Origin: Octopus sinensis
Taxonomy: Eukaryota
Reading direction: 5' to 3'
Assembly (NCBI RefSeq): GCF_006345805.1
Contig: NW_021831896.1
Coordinates: 1 to 50,884 of the forward strand
Length of the DNA stretch: 50,884 nucleotides
The notes beneath the pieces are model-generated. The model did no database searches. It was not told the origin of the DNA and saw only the letters and a program-made list of their open reading frames with translations. Shown here piece by piece: positions 22,689-35,477 of this stretch. Made by a program: the position numbers and the translations under genes. How positions within the stretch are numbered: the first letter of the stretch is position 1; every line of letters begins with the position of its first letter.

Positions 22689-23368
22689 ATATATATACTC
22701 ACACACACACACACATATATATATATTTATATATACATCATCATCATCATATATATATATTTAAATATATGTAGGGACAATAATATATATGTATATAAGT
22801 ATGTGTGTGTGTGTGCGTGTGTGTTGTGTGTGTACTTGTATGTATAGGAATTTAATTCCAGTTTCATTCAGTTTTCCGTTACTCTCCTTCACTAAACTCT
22901 CCTTCTCTCTTTATATCCTTCCTTGTCTCCTTTCACCTTACTCTTGCTTATTGTTAATAGATTACATTGATAGCTGTTGTGTGCGTGTGTGTGTGTGTAC
23001 ATAATGGAGCTTATGTGTGCATATGTGTGTCCCACTAATCTTTCCGCACCTTCGCTTGTGTATAGTTTGGACCAAGGTGTAACCTGCTTCTATACACTCC
23101 AGAAGCACTACCTCACCACCGGCAATAACAACAACAACAACTGCAGCAACAGCAGCAGCAGCAGCAGTAGCAGCAGCAGTAGCAGCAACAACAGAACAAC
23201 AATAACAACAACAACAGCAACAACAACAGTCAGTGGACTAGAACTAAATTCTTATTTGAATATTGTGATGTGAATTGACAAAACAAAAAGAAAAAAGAAA
23301 AAAAATAAATGAAAAAGTAAAAACACAAGGAAAGCAAAAGCGAAATATAAAATATACAAAACAAAACT

Positions 23369-23401
<33 letters not shown>

Positions 23402-23420
23402 AATAATAATAATAATAATA

Positions 23421-23464
<44 letters not shown>

Positions 23465-23663
23465 AACTACTACAACAAATGAAGGATACGACATTTTGGG
23501 GTGAAAAACTGATATTTTTGTAGTTTCATTTTTATTTTTTTCTCCCTCGCACAGGGTTGAAATATCTTATTATATAAAGAGACTAACTATATACAACCAT
23601 AGATACATATACAACCCTTACCTACAACACTCATACCTGTCCTCCACACACATACAGATACAT

Positions 23664-23715
<52 letters not shown>

Positions 23716-24116
23716 ATTGTACATGCAGGCACACACACATTTATACATACTTTACATTTAAAGTTACACATTTACATCAGTTTATATATACGGATTTCAA
23801 GACACTTTACTTAATTAATAGACACAGTCTGTATACATACACCAACACATATATATATATATATACATATATATATAATATATATAGATATATATATACA
23901 TATATATATATATACATATATATATATAAAAATACTTATATATATAGAATATATATATATATATAATATATACTATATATAATCATCATATATATATAAA
24001 TTGTGTTGTATGTATGCATATGTGTGTGTATGTATATATGCATATACATGTATGTTGGTATCTGTATATGTACATATGCATGTATGCATGTGTGTGTGTA
24101 TGTATGTATAAAGACT

Positions 24117-24153
<37 letters not shown>

Positions 24154-24185
24154 TGTGTGAAAGAGAAAGCGAGAGAAAGAACGAG

Positions 24186-24339
24186 TCAGTCACTTGTAGT
24201 AAGCGACAGAGTCCAGGCAAGAAGCGATGAGTCTGTTATGGAAACAGCTTTATTTAAAATGGAAAAAGTCTCAGTACGAGATGAAACAGTCTCAATACAC
24301 GACGATACTCAATGGATTAAACATGCGGAAGAAAAAGAG
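24186..24339 (+). promoter_or_regulatory. Candidate TSS/first exon in a CpG-retaining patch
   Basis: (GA)n upstream; Inr-like TCAGTC at 24186; ATGs at 24227 and 24238 open two frames up to the donor GAG|GTGAGT at 24339/24340; CpG-rich to ~24490. Confidence 0.4.
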
Positions 24340-24775
24340 GTGAGTTCGCGTTGACTTCTCCGTTTCATATAGTCTTGTTTGTTTTCGTTGTTGTCGTCGT
24401 CGTTATCATCGCCAGAGCGATATGACGGTGAAGGTAGGGTGGGGTAAGGTGGACAGCATTTTTCGTTTATGCCGCGGCGCGGGGGTTCTGCTCGAATATA
24501 AGATCAGGTGAGAAAGATGGATATGATGCAGTTGTGAAGTGTAGATGTATGTGTGTGTGTGTGCGTGCGTGTGTATGCATATGTATGTGTTTATGCATGC
24601 ATGCATGCATGTATGCGTACACATACATATACATAAATGCATGTATATATATATACATATATATATGTATTTATATATGTGTGTATGTATGGAATTCATA
24701 TCTTTATGTATACATATATATGTATGTGTATGTGTATATATATATACATATACATATACATACATATATATATAT

Positions 24776-24830
<55 letters not shown>

Positions 24831-24931
24831 TGCACTAATTCACAGATATATATATATGCGTATATGTATATAATTATGTAAAATAGACATGTATATATGT
24901 GTTATATGTATGTATATATAATATATATATA

Positions 24932-24964
<33 letters not shown>

Positions 24965-25733
24965 CATATACATACATACATACATACAATCATACATACA
25001 TATGCATAAATATACATGCATGCAATTTAAAAAAATTCTTTTACACCTTTCAGCCCAAAAGCTATGGCCATGCTGGAGCATACATGTGCATATATATATA
25101 CATATATATATGTGTGTGTGTGTGTGTACGTATGTTTGGGTGGTGTATGCATTTAAGTGTGTATGTGTATATATGTATGTGTATGTGAGCATGAATACAT
25201 ACATCTACATATATTTATATATAGTTAAGCGTATGTATATTTAATTGTCCAGCCCATACCAACACAAAGGGGATATAAACATTTAATGATGATGATGATG
25301 ATGATGATATAAATGTATGTACATGTGTATATATATGTATGCATTTGTGTGTTGGAATGTGTGTGCGTGTATCTATATGTATATAAGAGAAATCAAGTAT
25401 ATATATGCATATATATGTGTATGTGTGTGTGAGTGTTTTGTATACATATATACATGTATGCGCACTATAGTGTGATGATGCCTAAGCTGGCCAGAACTTC
25501 GAAGTCACAGTCTACACTATTCTTACAAAAGAATAATATGTACTCTACAGGAAGTACTGAATAACTCCCCAGTTTAATGCTAAGTTTCCTCTTTTTATTA
25601 GCAACTTAAATATATGTTCGTATGTGTGTGTGTGTGTGTGTGTGTGTTTGTCTATATGTGTGTTTGTCTGTACATATAAATATATGTAAATATATACAGA
25701 GAGAAAGACAAAACATATATATATATATATATA

Positions 25734-25810
25734 CTTTATTTAAATAAAGCATATTACTCTACCTCTCATATTTGAGTACACTTTTTTCCACCTTGTTTTA
25801 CATTTATGTG
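25734..25810. mobile_element. Family H remnant with collapsed 16 bp palindrome
   Basis: ctttatttaaataaag followed by sequence matching the reverse complement of ~28765-28825. Confidence 0.65.
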
Positions 25811-26057
25811 TGTGTGTATATATGTATATATCTAAATATATATATATATATATATATGCATATATATGTAGATATATCTATCTATACCTATCTATCAATC
25901 TAAATATATATGTGTATGTATGTAAACTCACTCACACAGACATGCACACACACACACACATAATGTATACATATTTATACATACATATATGCATATATAT
26001 ATGCATATATATATATATACACACACAAACACATATATATATATATATCTATCTATC

Positions 26058-26089
<32 letters not shown>

Positions 26090-26199
26090 TATATCTATAT
26101 CTATATATATATATCTATATATATACATCTATATGTGCTTCCCATTATTTTTGCTTTTGAATAATGCCATTCCCCTGGGTAGGTGAGCAGTCCATCCAT

Positions 26200-26378
26200 T
26201 TCCCATGGTCAGGAATCTATTCCGTCGCAGAGTTACCCATTTACAACTGAATGTACTGGAGCAGTGGGAAAGGAAGTTCTTTGTTCAAGAACACAACCCA
26301 CTGCCCAGTCTAGGAACTGAAACCCCGATCGAGTGAACATAAATGCAACACTCTAAACACTAGGCCACATATCTTCAC
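26200..26378 (-). mobile_element. S4
   Basis: Reverse complement reads gtgaagatatgtggcctagtgtttagag...gggttgtgttcttgaacaa...ctgctccagt. Confidence 0.7.
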
Positions 26379-26454
26379 ATTATATATATATTATATATAT
26401 ATATACATATATATATATGATAAACATATACATACATGCATATATATACATTTA

Positions 26455-26750
26455 TGGCTGCCCCCTCGTTATCGAGTATGGCCATTGCACGAAGCTTAAA
26501 TGTTACTGGTGCTGTGATCGAATGTGACTTTTTAGCCCAGCTAAAGATCTACAATGTCTTGTACAAATTTGGCAACTAAAACCTTTACTGGTAAAAAGCT
26601 GGCTGTAGCTGTAACTGGGCTTCATGTACCTTTGCATGTCGTTTAAGTCCTCCTGCCGAATTACACTCTCTCCACATGCCCGACAGATATGATTAGTATG
26701 GTGTGTTACACCACCACCAGTGGCCAGGTTGTCACTCATCAGTCTCATAT
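26455..26750 (-). mobile_element. LINE 3' end (RTE-like) with C-terminal C2H2-like finger
   Basis: HICRACG...[24 protein letters not shown] followed by a short UTR ending cagccataaa; truncated at (TA)n. Confidence 0.6.
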
Positions 26751-26930
26751 ATATATACATATATATGTATATATATATATTATATATATATATATATCTA
26801 TATATATATATATATAATATATGTATATATATATATATGTATGTAATATATATATGTATGTATATATATATGTATGTATATATATATATGTATGTATATA
26901 TATATATATGTATTATATATATATATATAT

Positions 26931-26976
<46 letters not shown>

Positions 26977-27010
26977 ATATGTATATATATATATATATAT
27001 ATAGTATATA

Positions 27011-27060
<50 letters not shown>

Positions 27061-27157
27061 ATATATATCTATATATATATATACATACATATATATATAT
27101 ATACATATATGTATATATATATATTTATATTTATATATATATAAATACCTATATATA

Positions 27158-28388
27158 CAGGGTGTGATGGATAAATTGTTGCCATATTGTGTTTTTAGTT
27201 AAGTGCATGTGCATTGTTTTTGATTTTGTCAACTACACAGTATAGTAGGGTCAGTTGGGCACCACCTGTGGAAAATACAGCACCATGATGCAATTCACTC
27301 TGCCAGAAATTTGGAAAAGACATGCTGCAGTGATTGGTATTCATGCCAGAAGCTCCATTATGAACATTTCAGAGTGTTTTGGTGTCGATCTGAGGACCGT
27401 ACAGAGGATTCGAAAAAAGCTGAATGAGTCTAATGGTTATTATGAAGGTACGACAGCTTGGAAAACTCACTCTGATCATTCTGATAAGAAAAATACTCCA
27501 GGGATATAAAAGTGTCTGAGTTTCTAATCAGCAGGTAGTGTATGAAAACATTTGGTATTCCTCATACATGATGAGAAAGGGCCAATTTTTATCCCAAGCC
27601 ATCGAGGACTAGAGGAAAGACCATGCTATGTAGCTTTTGAACAAACCCAAGTATTCCTCGAACCAAACATGTTTTGGTTTTTCTCAGACGAGAAAAATTT
27701 CTGTCAGGATCAAATGGTGAACCCACAGAACAACTGTTGGCTTGCTGTGTCCCCAAAACATGTACCGAGGGTGATAAAAATCAAACATCCCCTCAAAATC
27801 ATGGTGTACAGAGTGATCCCTAGTAATGGTGATGTTATGCCTCCATTCATCTTCCCACATGGCCTCAGACTCAACATGGAGGCCTACATCAAGTGTCTGG
27901 AAGAGGTAGTGCTGCCCTGGGTCAAGAGGGTGGCTGCTGGAAGACCCTATATCTGGCAACAAGACTCTGCACCATGCCACACAAGCAGGAAAACCCTATC
28001 ATGACCGTCAGACAATTTCTGCAATCATGTCACCCCTAACATCTGGCCACCTAACTCCTCACATGGCAACCCCCTTGATTATTATGTGTGGGGTGCAGTT
28101 GAGCAAGAAACCAACAAAACTCCTTGTGACACCAAAGATGAACTGAAGGCAAGGATTATGGCAGCATTCCCCAACTTAAACAAGGAGACCATCCAGAAGA
28201 GTTGCAGGAGGTACCAACATTATATGGAGGCTGTGGTTGAAGCCAATGGCGATTTTATTGAATAAATTTACTCTTCAATATTTCAATATATTTTTTATGT
28301 AATTTTGGTAAATATATCTGTTAAAATGAGATGTCTGTGTTATTTCCATTTTTGTGTAATTTAGACGAGAGTTATTCACCACACCCTG
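27158..28388 (+). mobile_element. maT (DD37D) Tc1/mariner element with decayed transposase
   Basis: TA TSD on both sides; TIRs CAGGGTGTGATGGATAA / TTATTCACCACACCCTG; ATG at 27285, stop at 28263-28265; FSDEK, QQDSAPCH and NPLDYYVW with 37 residues between D2 and D3; frameshifts and an in-frame TGA at 28002. Confidence 0.92.
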
Positions 28389-28410
28389 TATACATAAATA
28401 TATGTGTAGT

Positions 28411-28530
28411 AACTCTTTAGTATTTCAAGATATTTTTGTGTAATTTTGGTAAATATATCTGTTAAAATGAAATGTCAGTGTTATTTTCATTTTTGAGCAA
28501 TTTAGACGACAATTAATTCACTGCCCCCAG
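28411..28530 (+). mobile_element. Second diverged maT right end
   Basis: Homologous to 28269-28388, ending agacgacaattaattcactgcccccag. Confidence 0.7.
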
Positions 28531-28546
28531 AATATTTATATATATA

Positions 28547-28703
28547 TTTTCTCTCTCTGCTTATTTCCTCTAATTCCTTTCTGTTGAAGAGCATAGGCTT
28601 GAAACGTAAAAAAATTCTTAATTTTCCCAAGTGTCAAGCTAATACACCTGCTTGTTGTTTCATATACCTGTCTTCACTTTTTGTTTTTCTATAAATTTCA
28701 ACT
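28547..28703 (+). mobile_element. PLE family A with HHR-like motif at 28577-28612
   Basis: cttt-ctgttga-a-gagc atag gctt-gaa-acgt-a-aaaa. Confidence 0.7.
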
Positions 28704-28707
28704 ATAT

Positions 28708-28754
<47 letters not shown>

Positions 28755-28756
<2 letters not shown>

Positions 28757-28982
28757 GGAGTAAACACATAAACGTGAAACAAGGTGGAAAAAAGAGTACT
28801 CAAATACCAGTGGTAGAGTAATATGCTTTATTTTAAGCAGCAGAAAATTCAACAAAATCTGTTACTCTGAGTTTCTCGTTGCCGTTCATCAGACAGTTTT
28901 TGCTAGCAAAAACTGTCTGATGAACGGCAACGAGAAACTCAGAGTAACAGATTTTGTTGAATTTTCTGCTGCTTAAAATAAA

Positions 28983-28983
<1 letters not shown>
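28755..28983. mobile_element. PLE pLTR family H containing a perfect 158 bp palindrome (28826-28983)
   Basis: 79 bp arms identical by reverse complement, no spacer, centre tgct|agca; (TA)n flanks. Confidence 0.85.
28913..28950 (+). ncRNA. Type I HHR, canonical core (mirror copy on - at 28859-28896)
   Basis: CUGU-CUGAUGA-A CG gcaa CG A-GAA-ACU cag AGU-A-ACAG; helix II has only 2 bp closing a GNRA loop. Confidence 0.65.
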
Positions 28984-29022
<39 letters not shown>

Positions 29023-29123
29023 CAGCAATAATGCTCATTGCACTCTTCTACACCATTTAGTACCTGGTGTGGAGGCCTAGAGAAGCAGTCAGGTGGGGGA
29101 GTGATGCCATCTGCCTTACTCAC

Positions 29124-29174
29124 CATCCATAGCATTTCGTTCAGAGAAGTCTGAACATAACAGTCAATATTGAC
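29124..29174 (-). CDS. Candidate 51 nt phase-0 internal exon, unknown gene
   Basis: tgtttgtcctag|GTC...ATG|gtgagt; only frame 0 is open, VNIDCYVQTSLNEMLWM. Confidence 0.35.
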
Positions 29175-29199
29175 CTAGGACAAACAGCCACCACTGCCA

Positions 29200-29231
<32 letters not shown>

Positions 29232-29323
29232 ATAAATATATATAATATAATATAAATAATGTATATATATGCATATATACAATACATTTATACGTATGTG
29301 TGTGTATATATATATATATATAT

Positions 29324-29428
29324 AAACGTTAAACCCTCCTTCTTCCCTTCTTTCCTGAGCATCCAATAATACTTTATTTGTTCCACGTCCTCGCGTTGTT
29401 GTGTTTTTTTGTGTTTTCTTGTTTGGAT

Positions 29429-29432
<4 letters not shown>
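29324..29432 (+). mobile_element. PLE family B, 5'-truncated
   Basis: aaacgttaaaccctcc...ggattaac matches 10116-10224. Confidence 0.8.
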
Positions 29433-29464
<32 letters not shown>

Positions 29465-29714
29465 GAAATGAAGAAAATGCTGACAAAATAATTTAAGTAA
29501 TTTAAGTAATTTAATTAGGTGAAAGTTCTTTTTACCGGTTTATTTTGTCAGCATTTTCTTCATTTCCTTTTTTATGTATCACAACTCGTGTTCCAAATCT
29601 CCTTTTTTAAATATATATATATATATATATATTGATATATATTTGCATATGTGGGCACAGGACGTCATGAAACATGTACAACAAAAAAGTACGAAGCAGG
29701 AGTAGATGGAACAT

Positions 29715-29792
29715 GGACAATTCTTTCGATCAACGAAAGACACAAATAGAAAACAGAGCAAACTTAAAGAATGACCCTTCATCAGTTGTTGG
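29715..29792 (-). ncRNA. Degenerate HHR-like motif
   Basis: ACAA-CUGAUGA-AG-GGUC...GAUC-GAAAGAA-UUGU; helix III is lost. Confidence 0.3.
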
Positions 29793-30101
29793 CTGTCTCT
29801 CTAGCCTCGTAGGTATAGAGTGTTAGGTGTAATATACAGAGATTGAACATTGGGAAATGAATTTGGCAGGATTTTGGAAAAAACATCTTTTTATTTTTTT
29901 TTCTTTAGTATTATTAGGGCTTTCCTTCCTTTCTCAAATAGAATTTTGTGAATGTACAAACAGCTTGTTCATTTATATAAACATGTTTTTTGGGGTGGGG
30001 TTGTTTAGAAGAGAACACTGTTTTTGTTTATTTGGGTAAGGTTCCATGACAATGGAGATGGATTGCTAGAAATATAGGTAAGTAGATAGGCTGATAGATA
30101 G

Positions 30102-30132
<31 letters not shown>

Positions 30133-30864
30133 GACAGACAGATAGACAGATAGGTAGAGGGAGAGAGAGAGAGAAGGGGTATTCCTCTTCCTATTCACTT
30201 TTTTTTTCATTTCTCTTTTCTTTTGTTCCTTTTCCTTTTTTTCTTTTTTTTTCTTTTTTTCTTTTATTTTTTGTTCTTTTTTTTCCCTTTTACGATCCCT
30301 TTTGATCGAAAACCTACGCCACCTTTTTTTTTTGTTTTTTCATCCCCCAAAAGAAAAGCTCTACCTTGTAACTTGCCCCATCTGTGTGCAGCCCTGTGTG
30401 GCCATTAAAGAAACTTATATATATATATTGGTATCATTGGGATGTTCTAGCTTTACTTGTATATATATATTTAGTTTTATTTATTTATTTTTTTTTTAAA
30501 TTGTTAATTTGCAAATATTGTACTAATGTTTTTTTCATGCAGAACTACATTTCATCAAAAACTTCTCTCCAAAATTGAATGTTTGGAAGGGGAGTCAGTA
30601 CATTTTGAATTCTAAATATAACTCAAAGAGGAGAAAAAGAAAGAAAGAAAGAGGAAAAAATAAGGAAAGGGAAAGAGAGAAAGAAAGCAAAAAGACTTTT
30701 AGTGATGATTAAACCTGTTTCTTTCCTTTTTTTTTTTTTTTGAAGCAGTCACCATCCTTAAACCCATTCCAATACAATGGTAAATGACTGAATAAATAAA
30801 TAAATAAATAAATAAATGGTGGATAGGAAGCAAGGTACCACTTCTCTCTCTCCCTCTACCTATC

Positions 30865-30955
30865 TGCCTATCCATCCATCCATCCATCCATCCATCCATC
30901 CATCCATTTATCTATCTATCTATCTATCTTCGTCTATCATCTATCTATCTATCTG

Positions 30956-31023
<68 letters not shown>

Positions 31024-31049
31024 CTATCTATCTACCTATCTATCTATCT

Positions 31050-31133
<84 letters not shown>

Positions 31134-31155
31134 CCTACCTACCTACCTATATTTC
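30865..31155. repeat. (CCAT)/(CTAT) microsatellite
   Basis: Direct reading. Confidence 0.9.
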
Positions 31156-31371
31156 TATCGATCCATCTCCATTGCACCAGCACTAGCAAGATCACCAATT
31201 AACTTGCAAGACTGTGGGGGATGGAGTATTGGAGGAGGTGACTCTGTGCCAGGTGCTGAAGGGTTAGAGTATGACATAGGGATAGAAACAGGCGGCGAGT
31301 TGGCAGAGATACTAAATGCGTGGTGAGGATGAGACCCACGATGGTTAAAATTCACAAGTTATAAAGGTGTG

Positions 31372-31385
31372 GTTGCTATGGCAAA
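31372..31385. promoter_or_regulatory. RFX X-box-like motif
   Basis: GTTGCTATGGCAAA, 12/14 match to GTTGCCATGGCAAC. Confidence 0.3.
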
Positions 31386-31927
31386 AAGAGTGAAAATTCA
31401 TTGTCTTTAAATGGACTTTGGCAATTGTTTGTTGTTTCTCTCTTACGGTTATCCCACTTTCTTCTTCCATCTCTCTCTTTACCCCTTCCCTCTTCTATAT
31501 CTCTATAACGGCTTTTGAGAGATTCTACTCACTCTTTTTCCCTCTCCGTATTCGCTGTCTCTCTGTCGCTCTTTCTCCCCCAGCCTCTCTCTCTCTTTCT
31601 CTCTCTGTACATCTTTCTGTATCTATACAGAGAAAGCATTGACAGTCGCAAGTGCAATTAAAGGAGAGGAATAAAATAGTAAATAATTATATTGTGTCGG
31701 AAATATATTTCATTCTCTTTAAGTTTAAATATTCCCGCTACAGGGCTTTTACAACGGTGAATTATCATCGCTCACCACCACCGCACAATGATGATAACAG
31801 ATATTAATCAGATATTTATTATGTTAATTCATATATATGTGTGTGTGTGTATATAAATATATATGTATATTTATATATATATCTATTGGCTAAACTGGCA
31901 AAATGACCATTCCTAAATATAACAATA

Positions 31928-31975
<48 letters not shown>

Positions 31976-32384
31976 TATATAAAGCATGTATATATATATA
32001 TATATAATTTATATATAAAAAGTGTGTATATATATATATATATATTATATATATATATATATATTATATATATAATGTGTATACATATGTATACATAATT
32101 CATATATATATATGTGTGTGTGTCTATAATGCGTATATATGTACATATATATTTAATGCGTATGTATATATATAATGTGTGCATATGTGGTCGGACTGAG
32201 CAGAAAATTTGCACACCTATGTTAAAAGTGCTGGCAAGTTTGCATAGCAATTTTGAGTTTGCTCATTTGAAACGCGTGGTCTCCAGAGCAACATTCTTCA
32301 TCTTTTAAAATGTGGCCCACGTAGACCCAAACGAAACCAGGTTATAATACCGAAACAAGTAAAACAATAATAAACTATTTTAAT

Positions 32385-32412
32385 CCTAAGCAAGGCTGGG
32401 TTTGTCTTCTAG
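32385..32412 (+). mobile_element. Possible Helitron 3' terminus
   Basis: Degenerate hairpin cctaagcaaggctggg followed by ...CTAG|T. Confidence 0.35.
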
Positions 32413-32446
<34 letters not shown>

Positions 32447-33010
32447 TAAATAGGTGAATGAATTATCCAATGTTTATTGTCAGCATGGAAAATTCGTTTA
32501 AACGAAACCTGGGTAGCAAATTCACGTCAGAAACACGGTTGAAGCGACCTGTCCAAGGGTAGAAACTCTGGGTTCATGTGCAGAAATTTGTGTGTTGTAT
32601 ATGAATATATGAAAGAATGGAGTCGAATGAAGATGTTAACAAAATTCCTTTACTCTCGACATATGCTTCGAAGACAACATGTTTTCATTCCAAAGGAATA
32701 AAGGGTGCATTATGCAATCTTCTCATCAGGAAAGAAAGGGAGCCTCTCTCGACAACAAGACAAACAAAAATTTCGATGACTGCCTACATGGTAAACAAAG
32801 CAATAATGAGTGTTTATATATATATATATATATATATATAAGGATAAGATCATTAATTTAAAAATAAATAACGATTTTATCAAGTGGTCAGCATGGAAAA
32901 AATAACCTTCAAAGATAATAATTATTAAAATTATAAATTAGGGTAATCTACGAGATACCACCATGTTTTAAAGTCAGATCATGGCTGCTATTTTTAGCAT
33001 GGTGAAATTT

Positions 33011-33075
<65 letters not shown>

Positions 33076-33529
33076 GCACTCACACACATATATATGTATG
33101 TGTGTGTGTATGTATATATTATGTATATATAGTTGAAATCATGTTTACAGGGCATGAGAATTCATGTCTCAAGTGCAGCCTTCAACTTTTTCACTCCAAA
33201 TGGCATTTTTCAACCCAATATTTGCAGCTTTATATGTTTCAAGATCTGCTGTTCCAAAAAAGACATATATATGTATATATATGAACAAAATAAGAAAATG
33301 GAGAAGTACACCTTAATCAATAATCAATTACCAGATAATACCCAATCACATAATTTATTAAACCACTACATATATATATAAACAATATTTACAGATTTCC
33401 ACATGTATATCCAGTAACAGAAGTCCCACTGTATAACAATATTTGGCGGTCGATACCCAGAAAGGAGTTTTGGAAAGCACACAGTAAGGTTATTACTCAA
33501 ATCGTATTAAAGTTAATATTATATATACA

Positions 33530-33733
33530 TAGTTCAAATTTACAGAAAACAAAAGATAAAGACATTTGTGGGAACATCAGCAGGTGTATTAGTTTAATGC
33601 TTAGGAAAAATGAAAAGTATTTTTACATTTCGAGCATATGCTCTTCAACAGAAAGGATTAAGAGGCAAAAAATGGAGAGAGAAGGAAGAAAACAGAGGGA
33701 GAAAAAGTGTGTAGAGTTCAGTGGTCGCATATA
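33530..33733 (-). mobile_element. PLE family A (diverged), HHR-like motif at ~33620-33654
   Basis: Reverse complement reads cttt-ctgttga-a-gagc atat gctc-gaa-atgt-a-aaaa. Confidence 0.7.
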
Positions 33734-33987
33734 CAAAGATACATACCTACATAAACTTATATAGATACACATGTACGTATGTGTATATACCCTTTTTAAA
33801 GTAGAAGAAATAGCTAAGATTTTTGGCTGCTATTTCTAAACTTCGGTGTGTGGTGAAGCAAATCTTTGCTGAACCCTTTTATTAGTATTACTTAGTTTAC
33901 CGTAAAATGGTCCTTTTTTCATACAGAATTCTACTTGGTGAAATTATTGATTACTTCTTAATTAATTAATTTTACCCTTTGTTATTA

Positions 33988-34021
<34 letters not shown>

Positions 34022-34207
34022 TACACACACCCATATTTTACTTAGATATTACAATACTAATAACCTGGTGTAGAACTCAATATATGTATGCTTCTGAGCG
34101 TTAGTTGAGTACAGAGCAGTATGGAACATACTTGCAAAAATGGTTGTTTCAAGTTCACATTTTTGCTTTCATTTCCAGTCCTTGTAGTAATATTATAAAC
34201 ATCTTAA

Positions 34208-34423
34208 TAAGGTGGTGAGCTGGTAGAGTTGTTACCATGCCGGGCTAAATGCTCTGTGGCATTTCAACTGTCTTAACATACTGAGTTCAAATTCTGCCAA
34301 AGTTGGCCTTGCCTTTCATCCTTTCAAAGTTGATAAAATAAGTACACGTTGAGCACTGGGATCAAATGTAATCAATTTGTCCCCTTCCTTGAAATTACAG
34401 GCCCTGTGCCAAAATTTGAAACC
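34208..34423 (+). mobile_element. S2 with 19 bp TSD
   Basis: aatattataaac(a/g)tcttaa at 34189-34207 and 34424-34442. Confidence 0.85.
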
Positions 34424-34469
34424 AATATTATAAACGTCTTAAACTTCATATTAGTAAACGGTTATACTC

Positions 34470-34845
34470 TTTTACTTGTTTCAGTCATTTGACTGCGGCC
34501 TTTAGTCGAGGAAATCGATGCCCAGGACTTATTCTTTGTAAGCCTAGTACTTATTCTATCGGTCGCTTTTGCTGAACCGCTAAGGTACGGGGACGTAAAC
34601 ACACCAGCATCGGTTGTCAAGCAATGTTGGTGGGGACAAACACAGACACACACACATATATATATATATATACATATATATATGACGGGCTTCTTTCAGT
34701 TTCTGTCTACCAAATCCACTCACAAGGCTTTGGTCAGCCCGAGGCTATAGTAGAAGACACTTGCCCAAGGTGCCACGCAGTGGGACTGAACCCGGAACCA
34801 TGTGGTTGGTAAGCAAGCTACTTACCACACAGCCACTCCTGCGCC
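34470..34845 (-). mobile_element. S1 with ~7 bp TSD
   Basis: tatactc at 34463-34469 and 34846-34852. Confidence 0.9.
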
Positions 34846-35477
34846 TATACTCATTATACTCTGATAAAGATGCTTTTACAAGAATAGCTGGATATTATAA
34901 TGAGGCTCTGAGGAATAGTGGGTTCTCTAATAAGATTAGAAACATAAAATCCACTGGGAACACACATAGGAATAGGAAAAGAGACATCATTTGGTATAAC
35001 CCAGTATTTAAACAAGCAGTGAAACCTTATAAGTTTTAGCACCATGGCATAAATATAGTGACATATTAAATAGGAACTGTGTGAAGGTTAGTTATTCAGC
35101 TTGTTGGAATTTCACAATATTAGAAGTTACGATGCTGCAAAGCCGACTGGATGATTGATGCAAAGAGTTAGCCAACAAAGATCATGCCACTATAGAATTC
35201 ATAGAAAATGCCCACTAAACAGTAACTGTCTGCCAAAGCTGATTGTAAACAGTGCCAAGGTTCATTGAAGCAGTAAAGATGAATGTAAAATATATATTAC
35301 AGCAACAAAACTCACATTTAAAAACTTATTTTACAAGCTCAAACATTCATATAACATTTATTTATTAGCTCTGATAGAAAATGTGCTATGGCTTTGTCAA
35401 CATTTATATGGCTCTTGCATAAGGCAAGTCCTTGTGAATTCAAAATTTCCCAGTCTATTGAAGATAATTCTCAACTA

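Noticed and set aside
26503-26750. C2H2-like motif as a member of the cephalopod zinc-finger expansion
   Set aside because: It has a single intact finger, no TGEKP linkers, a short 3' tail and truncation at (TA)n, which fits a LINE C-terminus better.
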